DNA from: an uncultured Methanosarcinales archaeon
GTDB taxonomy: Archaea > Nanobdellota > Nanobdellia > Woesearchaeales > JABMPP01
Direction of reading: 5' to 3'
Length of the DNA: 64,000 nucleotides
Assembly: GCA_964604995.1 (NCBI GenBank)
Contig: CAZSAD010000005.1
Coordinates: 3,221 to 67,220, forward strand
Part shown: positions 46,600-56,612 of the stretch, one piece after another
Position numbering within the stretch: the first letter of the stretch is position 1
How the letters are laid out: each line of letters starts with the position of its first letter
Notes under the pieces: model-generated
Databases searched by the model: none
Told to the model about the DNA's origin: nothing
The model's input: only the letters and a program-made list of their open reading frames with translations
Program-made: the position numbers and the translations under genes

Positions 46600-47979
46600 C
46601 TAAGGTTCATTTTTTAATTTGTACCCAAGTTTATGTAATAAATTGGTCACTTCGTTATAGTATGGGTTATCTGGTCCAAAATTTTTATTATACATTAATA
46701 AAGTATTTATATCTTTCACTGCATCTTCTTTCCTGCCTTCTTGGTATGCAATTTGTGCTAATTTAAGCTCATTTTTTGCAATAACATATCCTGGTTCAAA
46801 GTAATCGGGGTTATTGAGTGCATAATACCCTATATATCCCATAATCCCAATACCTGCAACTATTATTCCAATACCTTGTATTTTTTCTTTTATGCTTTTA
46901 CTAACTTCTTTTTTTATCTTATTAATAGTATAATCAATGTTGGATGTAATATAATTATCAGTAACTTTTTCACTCAACACCTCTTTAAACTTTTTTATAT
47001 ACTCTACTAATTTTTTACACATCTTATATTCTTTTTTTATATAATTTAAATTTAATACATTATCTCCCTTTCTGTATAATATCATCTCTTCTTTTAGATA
47101 ATTATAACCCTCAACAATAGAATCCAATTTCCTTTGTTCTTTTTCCTTCTCTTTTTGCTCAAATTTAATCTCTTCTTCTGCCCAATAATTTTTACAGTTT
47201 AAATCCATATTTTCAATTTTCTTTTTATATAATATTGAAAGCAGTGGACTATTAACATGGTAACTTTTCTTGTCATCACTATTTTTCACATCATCATAAT
47301 CATTTAAAATAGATTTAATTTTATATTCGATATTTCTATAAGTGACATTCTTATCCAAATCTTTTTTCTTGATTATTGTAACAAACTCTTTGCCTTTCCC
47401 TACATCAACTGCATATATTTTTGCATTTCCAGGATTAATTACTTCATCAATATATTCCGCTACAATATATCCTAATTTTGGCGAGTTTATTTGCGAAATA
47501 TTTTCGCAATAGCATAGCAGATTATTTGCACCCTCAAATGCGCCTTTGCTATTTACACTCTTTCCAATTACAATTGAATTATTTGAATCTTTAAGCAGAT
47601 AATTTCCAGAAACATCACAATCAACTACTAATGCATAATTAGTATTATACATCGCATAACTTGAATCAAATGTGCACTCAACAGCTTTTATTTTATTTGC
47701 AAGTGCAAATGCATAATCTCCGTGAAACTTTGCACCTTTTGCAATAACATTTTCTGCTCTCCAACCAAAATCTTTTCCAGAATATTCCCCCCATTCAATA
47801 ATTAAATCTTTGGCTTCTCGAAGTGAAGAGTCCCCTTTAAGAGTTGAATTTATAACATGCCATGCTTCAACTTTTTTCAAATAATCTTTTTCTATTTGAA
47901 AATCATTGTAAATGCTTTGCACTTTATATCCCTCTTTTATATATTTTTTAAAATTAAAAATTAAGAATAAAAAAATCAA
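46600..47979 (-). CDS. Membrane protein with a C-terminal TM helix and a TPR-like tail; N-terminal domain of unknown function
   Basis: IQGIGIIVAGIGIMGYIGYYAL TM helix; C-terminal LKLAQIAYQEGRKEDAVKDINTLL. Confidence 0.45.
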   Translation of the reverse strand: MIFLFLIFNFKKYIKEGYKVQSIYNDFQIEKDYLKKVEAWHVINSTLKGDSSLREAKDLIIEWGEYSGKDFGWRAENVIAKGAKFHGDYAFALANKIKAVECTFDSSYAMYNTNYALVVDCDVSGNYLLKDSNNSIVIGKSVNSKGAFEGANNLLCYCENISQINSPKLGYIVAEYIDEVINPGNAKIYAVDVGKGKEFVTIIKKKDLDKNVTYRNIEYKIKSILNDYDDVKNSDDKKSYHVNSPLLSILYKKKIENMDLNCKNYWAEEEIKFEQKEKEKEQRKLDSIVEGYNYLKEEMILYRKGDNVLNLNYIKKEYKMCKKLVEYIKKFKEVLSEKVTDNYITSNIDYTINKIKKEVSKSIKEKIQGIGIIVAGIGIMGYIGYYALNNPDYFEPGYVIAKNELKLAQIAYQEGRKEDAVKDINTLLMYNKNFGPDNPYYNEVTNLLHKLGYKLKNEP

Positions 47980-48018
47980 AAAATAATTTGTATAAAATTA
48001 TTAGTACCTATTTTTGAA

Positions 48019-49140
48019 TTATTTTTGTGCACTACCATACATAATATTTATTACTTGTTCGCGTCTTTTATCTAAAGTTTTATTGAGCAAATTTGCAGCA
48101 TCTGCTAAATTTGTTGCTGCTGTTTGTACAATTTCTCCATCAAAAAAGCTACTAGTCACGCTTTCAACCATAAGTGCATCAAGTTTAGCAAATTCACTTT
48201 TTGCTAAAAGTGCTTCATTTGCAGCAAGAGATAATGTATCATAACTGCTATTTACATTAGCAATATCTTCAAGACCTTTTTTTGTTTCAGTTATATTCAA
48301 ATTCATGTCTTTTAAATTTGAAACATTAAAACTTTGGTTGTTATAAAGTGACGAGTTGCTTCTGATAAGATTACTAATTGCTTTTACATCTGTCATATAA
48401 GCAGCAATCATATCACTTGAATTTTTTATCACACTCTCAACTTTTATAACATCAGTTGAAAGATCTTGCATCTTTTGATGGTAATTTAATAATCTTGTTT
48501 CAAGTTCAATACCATCTTTACTCAATCTTTCTCTAGGTGTCAATTTTACATATTGTTCTTGTAGGGATATTACTTCATTGGTGTATTCATCTTCTTTATT
48601 TCTGTATTTTTCCCATTCTTCTGCTGCACTTTTTTTCATCTCGGTTAATTTTCCTATTTTCTTTTTGGATGCTTCATAATCTTGGTTTAATTTATACAAA
48701 AAATTTTCAACTCTTTTGAGTTTTTGTTCAGTTGACAAAGTTAATCTTTGCACAACATTTCCACTTTTTTCATTTCTTTTGTTTTTGAAATAATTACCAA
48801 TTATTGGGACTTTTGATAGATTTTTGTATAAGTTATCAGAACTCGAATCATCGTATCTTTGTAGGTTATTAGTATGTTCTAAAAATAATTTTTTTATTTC
48901 GTATGCATCTGATTCTCTATCTTTTTGTTTTATTTCCAAATTTCCCTTCATACTTTTTAAAGTTTCAAGGCTTTTTTCAGTCGATAAAACTATTTCAAGC
49001 CCACTACTCTGCGAGCTTATTGAGCCTAGTTTTATTTTACCATTCATAAAAATTTCTGATGTACCTTCCCTCTTATCTCCTTTATTTTTCCCATCATATT
49101 CCATTTTATTCACCTCTCCACAACTTTTGCAATTTATCAT
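48019..49140 (-). CDS. Coiled-coil protein, hypothetical
   Basis: Long heptad-like regions. Start may be the internal Met (MEYDGKNK), which would avoid overlap with the upstream gene. Confidence 0.45.
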   Translation of the reverse strand: MINCKSCGEVNKMEYDGKNKGDKREGTSEIFMNGKIKLGSISSQSSGLEIVLSTEKSLETLKSMKGNLEIKQKDRESDAYEIKKLFLEHTNNLQRYDDSSSDNLYKNLSKVPIIGNYFKNKRNEKSGNVVQRLTLSTEQKLKRVENFLYKLNQDYEASKKKIGKLTEMKKSAAEEWEKYRNKEDEYTNEVISLQEQYVKLTPRERLSKDGIELETRLLNYHQKMQDLSTDVIKVESVIKNSSDMIAAYMTDVKAISNLIRSNSSLYNNQSFNVSNLKDMNLNITETKKGLEDIANVNSSYDTLSLAANEALLAKSEFAKLDALMVESVTSSFFDGEIVQTAATNLADAANLLNKTLDKRREQVINIMYGSAQK

Positions 49141-49942
49141 AACCTAATTTTGCTCCATCCTCTATTTGCTGTAAAATTCCTTTTTGATTTTGGATGGCAT
49201 GTTTTTTAGAAGAAAAAGAATTGTTGTCAGAAAATTGCCATTTATCATCTTTAAATTTATATTCTAAAGTTATTTCATTTGTTCTTTCATCTTTTTTATT
49301 TCCAAATTTATCTACAATATAATATTCAATTTCAACTAATGCATCATTTCTATTAACATCAATTGATTTTTTGTCGTAAACAAATTTTTCGCTTTGGTTA
49401 TTTTTCTCATGCTTTACTTTTTTAGAATCCCAATCTCTTATAATTTCATCATAAAGATGGATTATTTTAATGCCATCTTCCATTGAATATCCTTTTCCTT
49501 TGATATCTATCCAAGAATTTCCTTTGCTTGTTATTTTATCTATTGAATTATTATTTTTATTTAAGGAGAATTCATAGTTTTGCGCAAAAGCAATATCATC
49601 TAAATCATATCTAAAGTACACTTTTGCAGCAACTTTATCTTTTGATTTATTTGTAATGTAAGCAGTTTTTCCTTGTTTTAATCCAAGATAACTAACAAGA
49701 TTTGCAGCTTTATTATCTGGAATAGTGTATGATATTTTTTGTTCAATTTCATTTTCCAAAGTTGCATTTTTAATTTTATCATCAGCATAGTCAAATCCTT
49801 GCTTTACAACTTCTTCTAGAACTCTTACTGTTTTTTTACCTAAATTTTCAAGATAACTTTCGCTTTGCTTTGATAAATTTTCTTGAGCATTTACTGATGT
49901 ATAAATCAATAATGCAATTCCTAATGCAGTTGTTGTTTTCAT
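49106..49942 (-). CDS. Secreted protein, hypothetical
   Basis: Signal peptide MKTTTALGIALLIYTSVNAQ. Confidence 0.5.
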   Translation of the reverse strand: MKTTTALGIALLIYTSVNAQENLSKQSESYLENLGKKTVRVLEEVVKQGFDYADDKIKNATLENEIEQKISYTIPDNKAANLVSYLGLKQGKTAYITNKSKDKVAAKVYFRYDLDDIAFAQNYEFSLNKNNNSIDKITSKGNSWIDIKGKGYSMEDGIKIIHLYDEIIRDWDSKKVKHEKNNQSEKFVYDKKSIDVNRNDALVEIEYYIVDKFGNKKDERTNEITLEYKFKDDKWQFSDNNSFSSKKHAIQNQKGILQQIEDGAKLGYDKLQKLWRGE

Positions 49943-50130
49943 AAAGAATAAGCAGTGTTTGTTTTTAAAGTGCGTTTTTATAAAAAAACCGGAATAAATT
50001 ATCGAAAACCAACTAAATTGGGAGCATAGTCGAAGAAATCACGGTTTACTTAGAATGTATTGGAAAAATTCCGCTTTTTGTTAATAATTTACGGCTAAAA
50101 TTATATTATTGGACAATATCAAACAAAAAT

Positions 50131-51213
50131 TTAAAAAAATGTGGAGTGATATGGTGCATGAGAAATTCCTTTTTTACCTATATAACTTAAGATTTTTAGG
50201 TCATCAATGGTGTTTGTTGCACAGTGTATACTTCCACCCCTCATTTGCAATGCTTCAATTTCCATTGTTTTATGGACAATTACCTTTTTTTCATCTAGAA
50301 AATTGGCAGTTTCAGAGGCAAAAACATGACTTTTGCCATCTTTTTTAACTTCTAAAAAATTATTTGGATAATAATGTAATTTTAATAATTCTTCAGTATT
50401 GCTAAAATCCAAGTTAAAGTTATGTTCTTTTGCAGCTTTATCAATAACCTCTTTGTTCGAATTGTAAAAATTTTCATCCATACATAAAGTGTTTGTTGCA
50501 GAAACATAATTCATAAACAAATCAACATGGCTTGGCAAAAAAAAGATACCATCTCTATTAGGAATATAAATTTCAGATGGATTAACATAATAAATATCTC
50601 CTGCAAATAATTCTTTGACTTTATCTTTTTCAAGAAGTTCATCAATATTTTTCTTTAATGTACTATTAGCAAAAATTGCATTTGGAGTAAATACGTAATT
50701 GCCTCCTTCACCAACTGCTCTAAAACTTTCCTTTGGAATAATTATATTATTTCTTTCAATATAAGCATCTCTTGGCCAAAGAAGATCAGTCATATATGTT
50801 TCAAATCCAGCACCTTTGATTGTATTTGCAATATCTTTTCTTTCAGTTAAAGAGCTTCCTATATTTTTATTTTGCATAATATCAATAATATCTATTTTAT
50901 ATTCCTTCATTTTAGGATGCACATTTAACCATTCAACAAACTCAACATAATCTTTTACATATTTTTCAGTTCCTGTGGCGTCATCTTTTTTAGTATCAAT
51001 CATTGCAGAATATATGGAATTTTCAAAAATGCCATTATCTTTAATATTTTCAAAAATGCAATTTGCTAAAATGTCCCATTTTTCTTTGATTAAAGGTTTT
51101 TTTGGAACAAAACTAAAACCTACAAGAACTTTAGGAGTATGGGGTTTATCATAACCTATCTCTAATTCTTTTACTCTTTCATTTACCAAGTTCAATACTG
51201 TTTTAATAGGCAT
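50131..51213 (-). CDS. Guanidino-group modifying enzyme superfamily; agmatine deiminase / PAD-like family
   Basis: C-terminal RGGSIHCATN matches the GGNIHCIT catalytic-Cys motif of agmatine deiminases; 360 aa. Confidence 0.55.
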   Translation of the reverse strand: MPIKTVLNLVNERVKELEIGYDKPHTPKVLVGFSFVPKKPLIKEKWDILANCIFENIKDNGIFENSIYSAMIDTKKDDATGTEKYVKDYVEFVEWLNVHPKMKEYKIDIIDIMQNKNIGSSLTERKDIANTIKGAGFETYMTDLLWPRDAYIERNNIIIPKESFRAVGEGGNYVFTPNAIFANSTLKKNIDELLEKDKVKELFAGDIYYVNPSEIYIPNRDGIFFLPSHVDLFMNYVSATNTLCMDENFYNSNKEVIDKAAKEHNFNLDFSNTEELLKLHYYPNNFLEVKKDGKSHVFASETANFLDEKKVIVHKTMEIEALQMRGGSIHCATNTIDDLKILSYIGKKGISHAPYHSTFF

Positions 51214-51358
51214 GGTATACTAAATTAAGAAGGGATATATAAACTTTTGTATTGTAATCACTATTAAGTAGCTAAAACAGTAAATTAAGAATTTAAATGT
51301 TTTATTTTATTCATAACCTTTCGAAAATAATATATACCTGCTTAAAGTATTTAATCAC

Positions 51359-51829
51359 ATGGCAAAGCAATTAGTAAGCAAAGATACTCCACTAGCTGAA
51401 TTAACTCTAAGAAGATATGAAAAGCCATATGATCTAAGTAAAAGAGAACTTGTGAAAAAACTTTGCTTAAGTTTGGGCCTTTTGAATCCTGGAGATTCAA
51501 GAGATGTAATTGTTGATGTCTTCTTTGTATTATTAGACGCAAAAAAACAATCAAAACAATTATCTTCAGTTGAAATAACACAAAAAGTAATTGACAAAAG
51601 AAAACAAGAAAAATTAAAGCTTCATGGCATTGCACATTCAAATATAAGGCGACAAGTTGCAAGATTAAGGCAATTATTCTTAGTTGAAAAAATAAAAAAT
51701 AAATATCGCATTTCTGAAAATGGTTTATTGCAAGAAGCTTTTGCACAAAAAATTCAAAATTTTGTTTTGCCAACTATAATTGGCAGAATAAATGACTATC
51801 TAAAAAGAATAGATGATGAATTCTCTTAA
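51359..51829 (+). CDS. Hypothetical protein; possible winged-helix DNA-binding protein
   Basis: Balanced composition. The antisense ORFs 51351..51773 and 51355..51597 are L/F-rich, as expected for shadow ORFs, so the + strand was chosen. Confidence 0.45.
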   Translation: MAKQLVSKDTPLAELTLRRYEKPYDLSKRELVKKLCLSLGLLNPGDSRDVIVDVFFVLLDAKKQSKQLSSVEITQKVIDKRKQEKLKLHGIAHSNIRRQVARLRQLFLVEKIKNKYRISENGLLQEAFAQKIQNFVLPTIIGRINDYLKRIDDEFS

Positions 51830-51840
51830 ACTTTCAATTG

Positions 51841-52644
51841 TTATTTTTGTGCAATGATTTTAGAGCAAACTAAGAACATATAATATCTTGCCCAATTGAA
51901 GAAAAGAAATGATACAATTAGTGAAGATATAATAAACATGTAAGGATTTATTGAATTTAAAGGATTTACTATCAATACTAAGGGAATAGCAAATACTATA
52001 TAAGCGTAAAATATTGATAATGCTAATTTATGTGGATTTTTCAGCAATTTAAAAACTGCTAAAAATCCTTTCCCTATTTTAGAATTTGAAGATAAACCAT
52101 AAATAAATGCATTATAAAAATACAAAAAGCAAAGTACTATAATTGGTCCAATAAATTTTAATGCTGTAGCATTTATGTTTTTAATTGAAAACAGTATAAA
52201 AGCATATAGCATCATTACAATCATTATTTTAAAAACACAAGTAATTATAGCATTCAATAAAAATTGCCACCATCTTTCTTTTCTTTCAAAATAATTTTTT
52301 AATATAAATCCTCTCCAAAACATATTATTAGCAATTAAAAGTATAATAGTGCTAAAAAAATACAATCTGAAATTTTTAACAGCACTTGCAACTACTGTTA
52401 ATTTATTAAAAGAAAATAACTGTGCCATGTTCATGGAATTAAGTAGTGGCCAGGCATCTTTTGTTAAAAGTACAAATCCTCCCAAGATAAACAAAAATAT
52501 TGAATAATGTGCTACATCAAAATAAAACATTTTTAAAAATGGCTTTTCAAACTTAAAACTTTTAGCAAAAGAACTATTAAGAAAATAATCTAATAACTTA
52601 TTTTTTCTTTTTTTAGAATTTTTTATATTATTTTGTTTTTTCAT
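51841..52644 (-). CDS. Polytopic membrane protein
   Basis: At least six hydrophobic helices. Confidence 0.5.
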   Translation of the reverse strand: MKKQNNIKNSKKRKNKLLDYFLNSSFAKSFKFEKPFLKMFYFDVAHYSIFLFILGGFVLLTKDAWPLLNSMNMAQLFSFNKLTVVASAVKNFRLYFFSTIILLIANNMFWRGFILKNYFERKERWWQFLLNAIITCVFKIMIVMMLYAFILFSIKNINATALKFIGPIIVLCFLYFYNAFIYGLSSNSKIGKGFLAVFKLLKNPHKLALSIFYAYIVFAIPLVLIVNPLNSINPYMFIISSLIVSFLFFNWARYYMFLVCSKIIAQK

Positions 52645-52657
52645 GGTGTTATTATTT

Positions 52658-54826
52658 TTAACTTATTCTTGGTTGAAGTAATGTTCCTGGGCAGATTTGC
52701 AAATGTTTCAATGGTGCATTTAAATCCATTATTCCTTTAGGTTCCCCTTCATTTGTTGATTGGAACATAATCTTACTTTTTTGCATATAATCCTCTTTAA
52801 CTGTAAAATTTACAAGAGCTCCACCAACAAAAGTTGATCTTATTTCCATATCTTTATTTGGTAAGGTAATTCCACCAATACTCTCTGAAAATGCAGGTAT
52901 TACTCTTGGAGCATTCTCGGGATAATTATAACTTAACATTATTTGCGCTGTATAATTTCCAGGTCCCAATGCAACTTGTGTCTTATCGTTGCCATTAAAT
53001 GTGGGAACATAAGCTAATATAAAATTTCCATCTTTTGCAATTCTTGATATTTGTATTGAAACTTTATGACTTTCATTTAAAGACGCAATTTCAGATGTTA
53101 TTTCACAATATTCTGTATTGTCCGGGTAGGTTGTTATTTTAGTTACATAACTAATTAATCCAACTTCAAGTGTTTTAAGAGGTACAATATCAAAAGTTGG
53201 AACATATCCTGGTATAAATCCTTCATCTGTACTAAATCCCCTATAAGCATCCATATATTTTGGATTTGTTATTCTAAGCATACCTCCATGACAAATTGGA
53301 AAATTAGAGGTAAGCAAAACATTACCGCTCTCATTTTTTTTTGCAATACCAACGCTACAAAATAATCCTATTGGGGTACATTGGTAATCTACAATTGCAC
53401 CATCTAATAAATTACTATTTGCTTCAATTTTCGCATCTTTAAATTCAATTGTTATTGGATCACTTTGTGCTTGATTAGAATCGCAATCTAAATCATTTAG
53501 ATGTGCAGTAATATTATTATCAGAATAATTATTTATTGCAGGTGGGTTCATTAATGAATATCTTGGTGCATTGTCCCTTACAACAATTAGCATTGGAAAT
53601 TGAAAATTATATTCATGTCCTAATTTTTTATCTTCTATATTAATTAACACAGGATATTCAAAACTATATTTGTAATTGTAACCATTTTTGCATTGATTAG
53701 GCGTGAACATGCTGCTAATATCAATACTTGAAGTTGGCATTAATATTCCGCCTGGTCCAATTTGACCATTTATTAAAAATATATTTGTTGGATAAGGTGT
53801 TACAGTAACCACAAAATCACTATAATTTTCCCTTGTCGCATCAATAATTAACCCATCAAAGAAATTTCGAAGTGAAAGTGCTTCAATTGGGTCAGGATAC
53901 TCTGTTTTTGAAACTTTAATTTTTGTAAATCTAGTGTTGTTGTATCTGACTAATGGGATATTATCATTTAACATCTGATTAAACAAAGTTTCAGCATCTC
54001 CAACATTCCACATCTGTTTATCAGAACAACTTTCATCTTTGTCTCCTCCTTCTCTAGGTGGCAAATAATCATCTCTTATTGCTTCATAAGAAGGCATTAT
54101 ATTATTCAAAGTAAGTGTTTCAAAACTATTAAGTGCAATTTCATGTATCATTATATCTGACGCAAGTCCATATATTTTTGCAAGCCTAATTGGGGAACTT
54201 GCAGAAAAAGAACTAATTTCCAAATCTTTTCCACTTTTGCTTATTTTTAATGGATATTCAATTTCTGCTGTAATATCTTCATCATTAAAACTTAAATAAA
54301 CTCCTAAATCTCCTTGCTCTTCAAAAGAATAGCCCATACCTACAAAATTTTGAAAATCATTAAAGCAATCAGATATATTTGTTGCAATATAATCTGCAAG
54401 TTGTCTTTGCATAGAATAATCATCAGGTATGTAATTTTGTATCAGTAAACTTGGTGCATTATCTATATAATTAATCCCATTTTTTTGGTTATACCAATAA
54501 GGAATATAAAAATTTGGAACAACTTCGAGCAAATCTCCACTTCTAAAACCTTGAATTGGTTTTTCAAATCTTGAGTCTATATCAACCCATCCAGCTTGCA
54601 TTCCTATTTTTGTTAATCCATCTTCCAATGTGGTTTCAACACAGTTATCAATAAATGTTTTGATTGGTTTTATTTCATCGGGAACAACAATAACTTGACT
54701 TACTTCAGTATTCATCTTTTGCTCTGTTTGATTATTTCTAAAATAAAAAAATAATGCAGAAGCGAAAAGTAAAACTATCGCTATGATAATAAACAAAGTA
54801 ATTTGACCTCTTTTTTTCATTCTCAT
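52658..54826 (-). CDS. Large (722 aa) pilin-like or surface protein with a class III signal peptide
   Basis: MRMKKRGQITLFIIIAIVLLFASALFFYF. Confidence 0.6.
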   Translation of the reverse strand: MRMKKRGQITLFIIIAIVLLFASALFFYFRNNQTEQKMNTEVSQVIVVPDEIKPIKTFIDNCVETTLEDGLTKIGMQAGWVDIDSRFEKPIQGFRSGDLLEVVPNFYIPYWYNQKNGINYIDNAPSLLIQNYIPDDYSMQRQLADYIATNISDCFNDFQNFVGMGYSFEEQGDLGVYLSFNDEDITAEIEYPLKISKSGKDLEISSFSASSPIRLAKIYGLASDIMIHEIALNSFETLTLNNIMPSYEAIRDDYLPPREGGDKDESCSDKQMWNVGDAETLFNQMLNDNIPLVRYNNTRFTKIKVSKTEYPDPIEALSLRNFFDGLIIDATRENYSDFVVTVTPYPTNIFLINGQIGPGGILMPTSSIDISSMFTPNQCKNGYNYKYSFEYPVLINIEDKKLGHEYNFQFPMLIVVRDNAPRYSLMNPPAINNYSDNNITAHLNDLDCDSNQAQSDPITIEFKDAKIEANSNLLDGAIVDYQCTPIGLFCSVGIAKKNESGNVLLTSNFPICHGGMLRITNPKYMDAYRGFSTDEGFIPGYVPTFDIVPLKTLEVGLISYVTKITTYPDNTEYCEITSEIASLNESHKVSIQISRIAKDGNFILAYVPTFNGNDKTQVALGPGNYTAQIMLSYNYPENAPRVIPAFSESIGGITLPNKDMEIRSTFVGGALVNFTVKEDYMQKSKIMFQSTNEGEPKGIMDLNAPLKHLQICPGTLLQPRIS

Positions 54827-54845
54827 GTTAATACCTTATTATATT

Positions 54846-56612
54846 TTAACAAGTTTTATCGCTAGATGATAATGCTGAATAATAGCTGGTAGTTGTAGTT
54901 ATTGGATAGCAATATTCTTCTTTATTGTTAAAATCGCTTCCAGTTAAAGCTTGCACACAAACTTGATTAAATCTACAACTGTTTTGTCCACCAGGGCAAT
55001 CTACTCCATCTTTTAGTGGTCCAGTTTTTCCACCACTATAAAAATGCCTATTAATCACAAAAGATTGAATTGCAAGATTATCTGCAATAACATAATCCGG
55101 AATGTTTATTCCATTTTCACCACTGCAAGTATTTTTCAACCATATTTTCCATGTCGAATCAACTGTTGGAAATATTTTTACAGTTACAAGATATAAATAA
55201 TTATCATCGCTTATTTGGCTAGCTTCACCATTCAAACTTACAGAATTCGCATTCATATTCGCATAAATTGTTTGAAGATCAGTATCTGGCATTCTAGTCC
55301 ACATAGTATTTGAATAAAAACCTTGATTATATGGTGAATTGTATATCTGACTTGTCGTTATAGCTTTACATGCATCTTTTGCACCAATTATTGCAGGATC
55401 AATCCATCCAGTTACTGCACTCCACAAATAATCAAACACTAACATTTCAAGTGCTTGTCCAACACTTGTTGTTATTTTTCCAAGTCTTCTATCTTTATTG
55501 TCAGCTTTAAATTTATCATATTGTTTAATTGCATCATCATTTTTAAGTTTACCATCAGCATCAAAGCAGGCTTTAGGGCAATACCAATAAGCAAAATCTG
55601 CTCTTGCATTTTCACCCATCTCTACCCATCCAAGACCTTTTAACATTAGTGGAATAAATGTTCTACCAGATTTACTCAAATCTTTTGCAGTTTCTTTAGT
55701 CATTGTAAATGGAGTTTTACTATATTTGAATATAAGGTTTCCATTAGTTAGGGTGGTTGTAACATAATAAGGTGTTTTACTAAACGTAACTTCTCCCTTA
55801 TCATTTGCACCAACATAAATTTTTTCCTCATTTGAATTAGTATAATATTTTAATCCAGTTCCACTTTCTTCGTATGGTGTAAGGCTACTAGTATAATCAG
55901 TAGGTAAACCAAAATCAGCTGGATTAGTATCTTTTGAAGCAGGTGGTGGGAATGGGTCATTGCTAAATATTTGTTGATTATTGGAATTAGTACCTAAATA
56001 AACTTTGCCACCATTTTTATCTAAAGTGTATGTTCCTTTACCATCATTGTCATTTTTTATTACCCATTTATTTCTATCTGGATCTAAATTCCATTGTGTT
56101 GGATCCAATTCTTTACTTGGTGGAGTAAACGCTGCATTGCTAAATATTTGTTGATTATTGGAATTAGTACCTAAATAAACTTTGCCACCATTTTTATCTA
56201 AAGTGTATGTTCCTTTACCATCATTGTCATTTTTTATTACCCATTTATTTCTATCTGGATCTAAATTCCATTGTGTTGGATCCAATTCTTTACTTGGTGG
56301 AGTAATAGAGGGGGGGGTAATAGGTGACACAACAACTTTAGGTTTAGTAATTGTTTTTTTTACTGTTGTAATTGTTTTCTTAACATTATCTTTTGGTTTA
56401 TCTTTATTTATATTTTTACCAATATTATTAATTGGAAAATATTGCGCTTCAACAAATGCAGATAATATAACACTACCTAACAAAATTATTGCAACCATAA
56501 TTGCAAAAGTCCATTTAATTTTTTTAGCAGTTATTCCCATAATCATCACAAGTATCATAACATTCATCTGGATTTGTCGTGCAATCCACATTTTGATTAT
56601 TGTTATTTCCAC
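54846..56612 (-). CDS. Secreted/anchored repeat protein with a perfect 59-aa tandem duplication
   Basis: TM/signal WTFAIMVAIILLGSVILSAFVEAQ; 2x FTPPSKELDPTQWNLDPDRNKWVIKNDNDGKGTYTLDKNGGKVYLGTNSNNQQIFSN. Start uncertain; overlaps the end of the upstream gene by up to 89 nt. Confidence 0.55.
   Translation of the reverse strand: MEITIIKMWIARQIQMNVMILVMIMGITAKKIKWTFAIMVAIILLGSVILSAFVEAQYFPINNIGKNINKDKPKDNVKKTITTVKKTITKPKVVVSPITPPSITPPSKELDPTQWNLDPDRNKWVIKNDNDGKGTYTLDKNGGKVYLGTNSNNQQIFSNAAFTPPSKELDPTQWNLDPDRNKWVIKNDNDGKGTYTLDKNGGKVYLGTNSNNQQIFSNDPFPPPASKDTNPADFGLPTDYTSSLTPYEESGTGLKYYTNSNEEKIYVGANDKGEVTFSKTPYYVTTTLTNGNLIFKYSKTPFTMTKETAKDLSKSGRTFIPLMLKGLGWVEMGENARADFAYWYCPKACFDADGKLKNDDAIKQYDKFKADNKDRRLGKITTSVGQALEMLVFDYLWSAVTGWIDPAIIGAKDACKAITTSQIYNSPYNQGFYSNTMWTRMPDTDLQTIYANMNANSVSLNGEASQISDDNYLYLVTVKIFPTVDSTWKIWLKNTCSGENGINIPDYVIADNLAIQSFVINRHFYSGGKTGPLKDGVDCPGGQNSCRFNQVCVQALTGSDFNNKEEYCYPITTTTSYYSALSSSDKTC
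55961..56314 (-). repeat. Perfect tandem duplication, 2 x 177 nt, in coding sequence
   Basis: 55961-56137 and 56138-56314 are identical by direct reading. Confidence 0.85.
56310..56317. repeat. G8 (C8 on the coding strand) homopolymeric tract inside a surface-protein gene
   Basis: agagggggggggtaa; encodes TPP. Rare in a ~30% GC genome. Confidence 0.7.

Noticed and set aside
49943-50130. Intergenic region with short GC-containing segments checked for tRNA
   Set aside because: No convincing acceptor stem/T-arm pairing found by eye.
51351-51773. Minus-strand ORFs 51351..51773 and 51355..51597 overlapping the + strand ORF 51359..51829
   Set aside because: Their translations are L/F/I-rich with runs like FLFFQLRIIALILQL, typical of antisense shadow ORFs in AT-rich coding DNA. 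The + strand product has a balanced, protein-like composition.
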